Assembly: GCA_002245135.1 (NCBI GenBank)
Contig: NGBS01001178.1
Location: 124,001-150,801, forward strand
Length of the DNA stretch: 26,801 bases
Source: Proteromonas lacertae
Taxonomy: Eukaryota
Reading direction: 5' to 3'
Shown here: piece by piece, positions 23,609 through 26,801 of the stretch
How positions within the stretch are numbered: position 1 is the stretch's first letter
Layout: each line of letters begins with the position of its first letter
Position numbers and translations under genes: made by a program
Notes under the pieces: generated by a model
What the model saw: the letters and a program-made list of their open reading frames with translations, nothing else
What the model was told of the DNA's origin: nothing
The model's database searches: none

Positions 23609-24385
23609 TCATTCTTCTACCTCTCCCAAATCCTTATCACTTAAAGTGTTACCACCATTACCAAAGTTAATAACTTTAGCAGCACTAATAAAACCATTGC
23701 TAATTACTTTCTTAGCAGGGAATGGTCTACGAGTACTAATTAAATCACTATCTTCTATCTTAGTTCTCTTAATTCTTGGAGGTGAAACAAATTTGTTTTG
23801 ATTAGCTTGATCTTTCTTAATTTTCTTCTCATTACTTCTTCTAATAGCTGTAGCTAAATCAGGATTTTCATCATAACCAACAATATCACTACAAACTCTA
23901 TGATTAACAAAGTTTTGAGTACCATTACTCTTAATAGAGATTTGATTATCAACAACACTTACAGCAATTTTACTACCAACATCAACATCAGATGGAACTC
24001 TATAGTTACTATTATCCCATATCATAATAGAATTGAAATTGTGGAAGTATTTAATACCATGTTGAGGTTCTCTACATCCTACACTAATCAAATATCCACG
24101 AATGATTTTTTCTATAAAGTCATTCTCGTTTCTATCATAAATTTGTTTCAATACATATTTCACTTCATCAGCTGAATATGTTTCAAAATCTCTTCCATTA
24201 TTAATTACAACTTTATGATCCAAATCATGAACAAAAGTAATCAATACATATTGACTGGTTTTAGTAGGCTTAACTGTAATACTCTCAATAGTTCCTTTAA
24301 TAATCCACTTGTTGCATAACTTTGGATTTTTGTAGTAATCACTAAATTCTACATCTGTAGCTTCATAGGGTGTTTCGTTACTCAT
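23609..24385 (-). CDS. Hypothetical protein, 258 aa; possible OB-fold ssDNA-binding protein
   Basis: Intact ORF divergent from PolB. Beta-strand pattern IIKGTIESI / YVLITF / IMIWD / VGSKIAVS / NFVNH followed by a basic disordered tail. The ORF is solid; the fold is inferred. Confidence 0.65.
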   Translation of the reverse strand: MSNETPYEATDVEFSDYYKNPKLCNKWIIKGTIESITVKPTKTSQYVLITFVHDLDHKVVINNGRDFETYSADEVKYVLKQIYDRNENDFIEKIIRGYLISVGCREPQHGIKYFHNFNSIMIWDNSNYRVPSDVDVGSKIAVSVVDNQISIKSNGTQNFVNHRVCSDIVGYDENPDLATAIRRSNEKKIKKDQANQNKFVSPPRIKRTKIEDSDLISTRRPFPAKKVISNGFISAAKVINFGNGGNTLSDKDLGEVEE

Positions 24386-24527
24386 TTTATATAAGGGAGA
24401 GATGAAAATAAAAAATGATTAAAAAATGTCAAGAAAAATGAAAATGAAAATTTCTTTTTATTTTAAAGTCGACCAATCAAATTTCATATTTCCATTTTTG
24501 ATTTATTTCGCGAATTCTGTCTATATA

Positions 24528-26801
24528 ATGAGCAAGCATAAAAAGCTTTTAAAAGCATCTTTTAAACTTCTAGAACAAACTTCTAATAAAAATAAACATC
24601 ATAAGCATAAGCATCACCATCATCATAAACATAAACATACAGATGAACCACCACCAGAAGAAGCTCCAAAACGAAGATTAGCTCCATTATTTAGTACAGA
24701 TGCTATTCAAAATAAAAAAAGATACAATAATGATATACCAATAATCAGTGATACATTCTTTGGTGGATTAATGCCTTCTTCCCTACCAAAACCTAATCAA
24801 AATCAAAGATTTAATGATAGAATACGTGATGCTAGAGAAGTTGATAAATCATCTCAAGGTGTTACTAGGAAATGGGTTTTCAATTATAACAATAGAAATT
24901 ACAGTACACCACAACAATGTTATCATGATTTTGTTAATAATAGTGATATTAAAGATATATTACATGAATTAGCTGATACTATGAATATGATAAAATTCTT
25001 CTTTATTGTACGTTCAATTTATATACCAGATGAGTCTACTGACAGTGATGATGAAGTTTCTATATTTAGTCGTAGTAGACTATGTGAAATAACAAAAATG
25101 TCTACTGTAGGTGAAATACAAACTATACTGGAGAATATATTTACACAAATATCAGAAGATGATTCAAATCATCCTCAAAGTGGTCTTACTTTTGCTAGAG
25201 TAAATACTATAGAATTATTGTAACAAAATTTAAAGTGATATGTGGAAGTAGTTTTATTGTTTTACCTGCTAAATTTCAAGGTCTTAGATGTTTAACAAAT
25301 GTAAAAAATGAAGATAATGAATGCTTTAAGTGGAGTGTACTATGCTCATTATATTCTAATAATCTCCAATGTAATAAAGATAAACCTGAAAAATACAAAA
25401 TGTATGAAAAGAAACATGATTGGAGTATGTTAACATTCCCTGTTGATGCTACAGACAATGTATCTATTGATAAATTTGAAACAAAGAATCGGCTAAATGT
25501 GAATATATTTTATATTGATATTGCTAAAGATAAAGAAGAAATATTCTTACCCATTCATTTATCTAAACAAAAGAAATCTAAAAAATATAGTGTTGTAAAT
25601 CTATTGCTAATAAAAAATGAAGATGGAAATTCACACTATGTGACAATAAATACCTTACCTGCTCTATTTAGAAAAATGATAGATAAAAAGAATAATACTA
25701 ATAATATATTTGTGTGTCCATATTGTCTCTTCTATACTTACGATGATGGATCCTTTAATAGTCACCAAATATATGACTGTCAAGATAAAGAGAATGTATT
25801 AAGATTATTCCCTGATAAAGATGATAAAGAAAAATCATACTTAAAATTTAGACATTGGACTCACCTCCAAACATTACCAGTTGTTATGTATTATGATACT
25901 GAAACTTATTTTGTACCATATGATAATGAATTGAATTTAAGTAGATATAAATCTATGGAAGAAATAGATAATAATGATACTAGAATAGAATTATCAAAAA
26001 CTGAGCAATCTATTATGGCTAGGCATAAGCTTTATTCCTACTGTATCTATGTAGATAGTAAAATACCAGATATAAACAGTTTTACTGTGATTAAATATAA
26101 ACAAAATGAGGATCATAATATTGAAAATGATTTTTTGTCTTGGATATATTAAATATATACGATCAAATATGTACAGTTTACAATTATAGACTAGCTAATC
26201 CTAAACCTTTTGATGGAGATGAAATAGCTAAGGATATACATAATAAAAAGAGAAAATGTGACTTTTGTGGTAAACCATTTAATTCTATTGATCATGTAAA
26301 GGTACTTCACCATGATCATTTCACAGGTCATTATATTGCTTCAATTGGTAGTAATGAGAATTAATATTGATATAAAAAAATTAAAAGTACCAATAATAGG
26401 TCATAATGCTATGAAATATGACCAGCATTTCATAGTAAAGGAATTAGCCAAATTTGCTGCAATAACTAATAGTCCACTCAATATTATACCTAATACAGAT
26501 GAAAACTATAAGTGTATACAATACAAGAATTTGGTGTTTATTGACAGTTATTTATTCTTAGCAGGTTCTTTAGCAAATTAACTATGATCTAAAAATTACA
26601 GCAGAATTAAATAATACTAAGAAAGAAAAATTCAAAACAATTTATGAGAATTTTAAAGAATATAATGGACATTACCTAGATGATGAAATTATTGAAAAAT
26701 ACTTACTTCAAAAATTATTTTCCATATGACATATGACATCTTTGAAGCTTTTGAAGAAAAATTTCAAAGATCTTACTATAGATGATTTTAAGTCTAAATT
26801 G
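24528..26801 (+). CDS. Protein-primed DNA polymerase B (Polinton type), 5' part, with several frameshifts
   Basis: GSSFIVLP..NVKNEDNECFKWSVL, SHYVTI, CPYC..H..C finger, Exo I YYDTET, EndoVII-like CDFC..KVLHHDHFTG, Exo II GHNAMKYDQHFI, FIDSYLFL..SL, LLQK.FPYD. Frameshifts at ~25218, ~26131-26136, ~26352 and several after 26578. ATG 24528 is more plausible than 24426. Confidence 0.92.

Larger units (their letters stand above)
19135..26801. mobile_element. Polinton/Maverick-like endogenous viral element, left portion; continues beyond the window
   Basis: Protein-primed PolB plus Polinton-type rve integrase within a tightly packed cluster of intron-less ORFs, in contrast to intron-rich host genes. 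Left boundary is approximate. TIR/TSD cannot be confirmed because the other end is outside the window. Confidence 0.85.

Noticed and set aside
19860..24530. TCTA (CroV/mavirus late promoter-like) upstream of ORFs 19878 and 24528
   Set aside because: A 4-mer in very AT-rich DNA present at only two genes; not distinguishable from chance.
539..25458. Short antisense or alternate-frame ORFs (e.g. 539-727, 1507-1818, 3718-4008, 5837-6085, 13713-14129, 22042-22425, 23900-24175)
   Set aside because: Shadows of real genes, with F/I/L/S-rich composition expected from the reverse complement of E/K/N codons.

Overview
AT-rich eukaryotic (protist-like) genomic DNA with very small GT..TAG spliceosomal introns (25-49 nt); inferred to be a Blastocystis/Proteromonas-type gut stramenopile, not proven. 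There are three zones. (1) 1-7660: compact host genes, namely a family-C GPCR (3' part), a duplicated EF-hand-pair protein, RRB1/GRWD1, EME1-like, a hypothetical gene, and an XPB/ERCC3 copy that is 5'-truncated and disabled. (2) 7842-19061: accessory/decayed zone. Eight listed ORFs splice into one ~2,420-aa gene with the architecture Crinkler-type NTPase + restriction-endonuclease-like domain, helical linker, second NTPase, USP deubiquitinase with catalytic Cys>Ser, and a second apparently active USP. It is followed by a decayed Ginger2/KRBA2-like integrase and a nonsense-riddled coiled-coil pseudogene. (3) ~19135-26801: left part of an intron-less Polinton/Maverick-like endogenous element, with a repeat-dense terminal segment, four orphan ORFs, an rve integrase with D-D-D triad, a candidate OB-fold SSB, and a protein-primed family B polymerase running off the window. 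Several frameshifts fall in homopolymers and may be sequencing errors. All family calls come from manual motif recognition; no searches were run.
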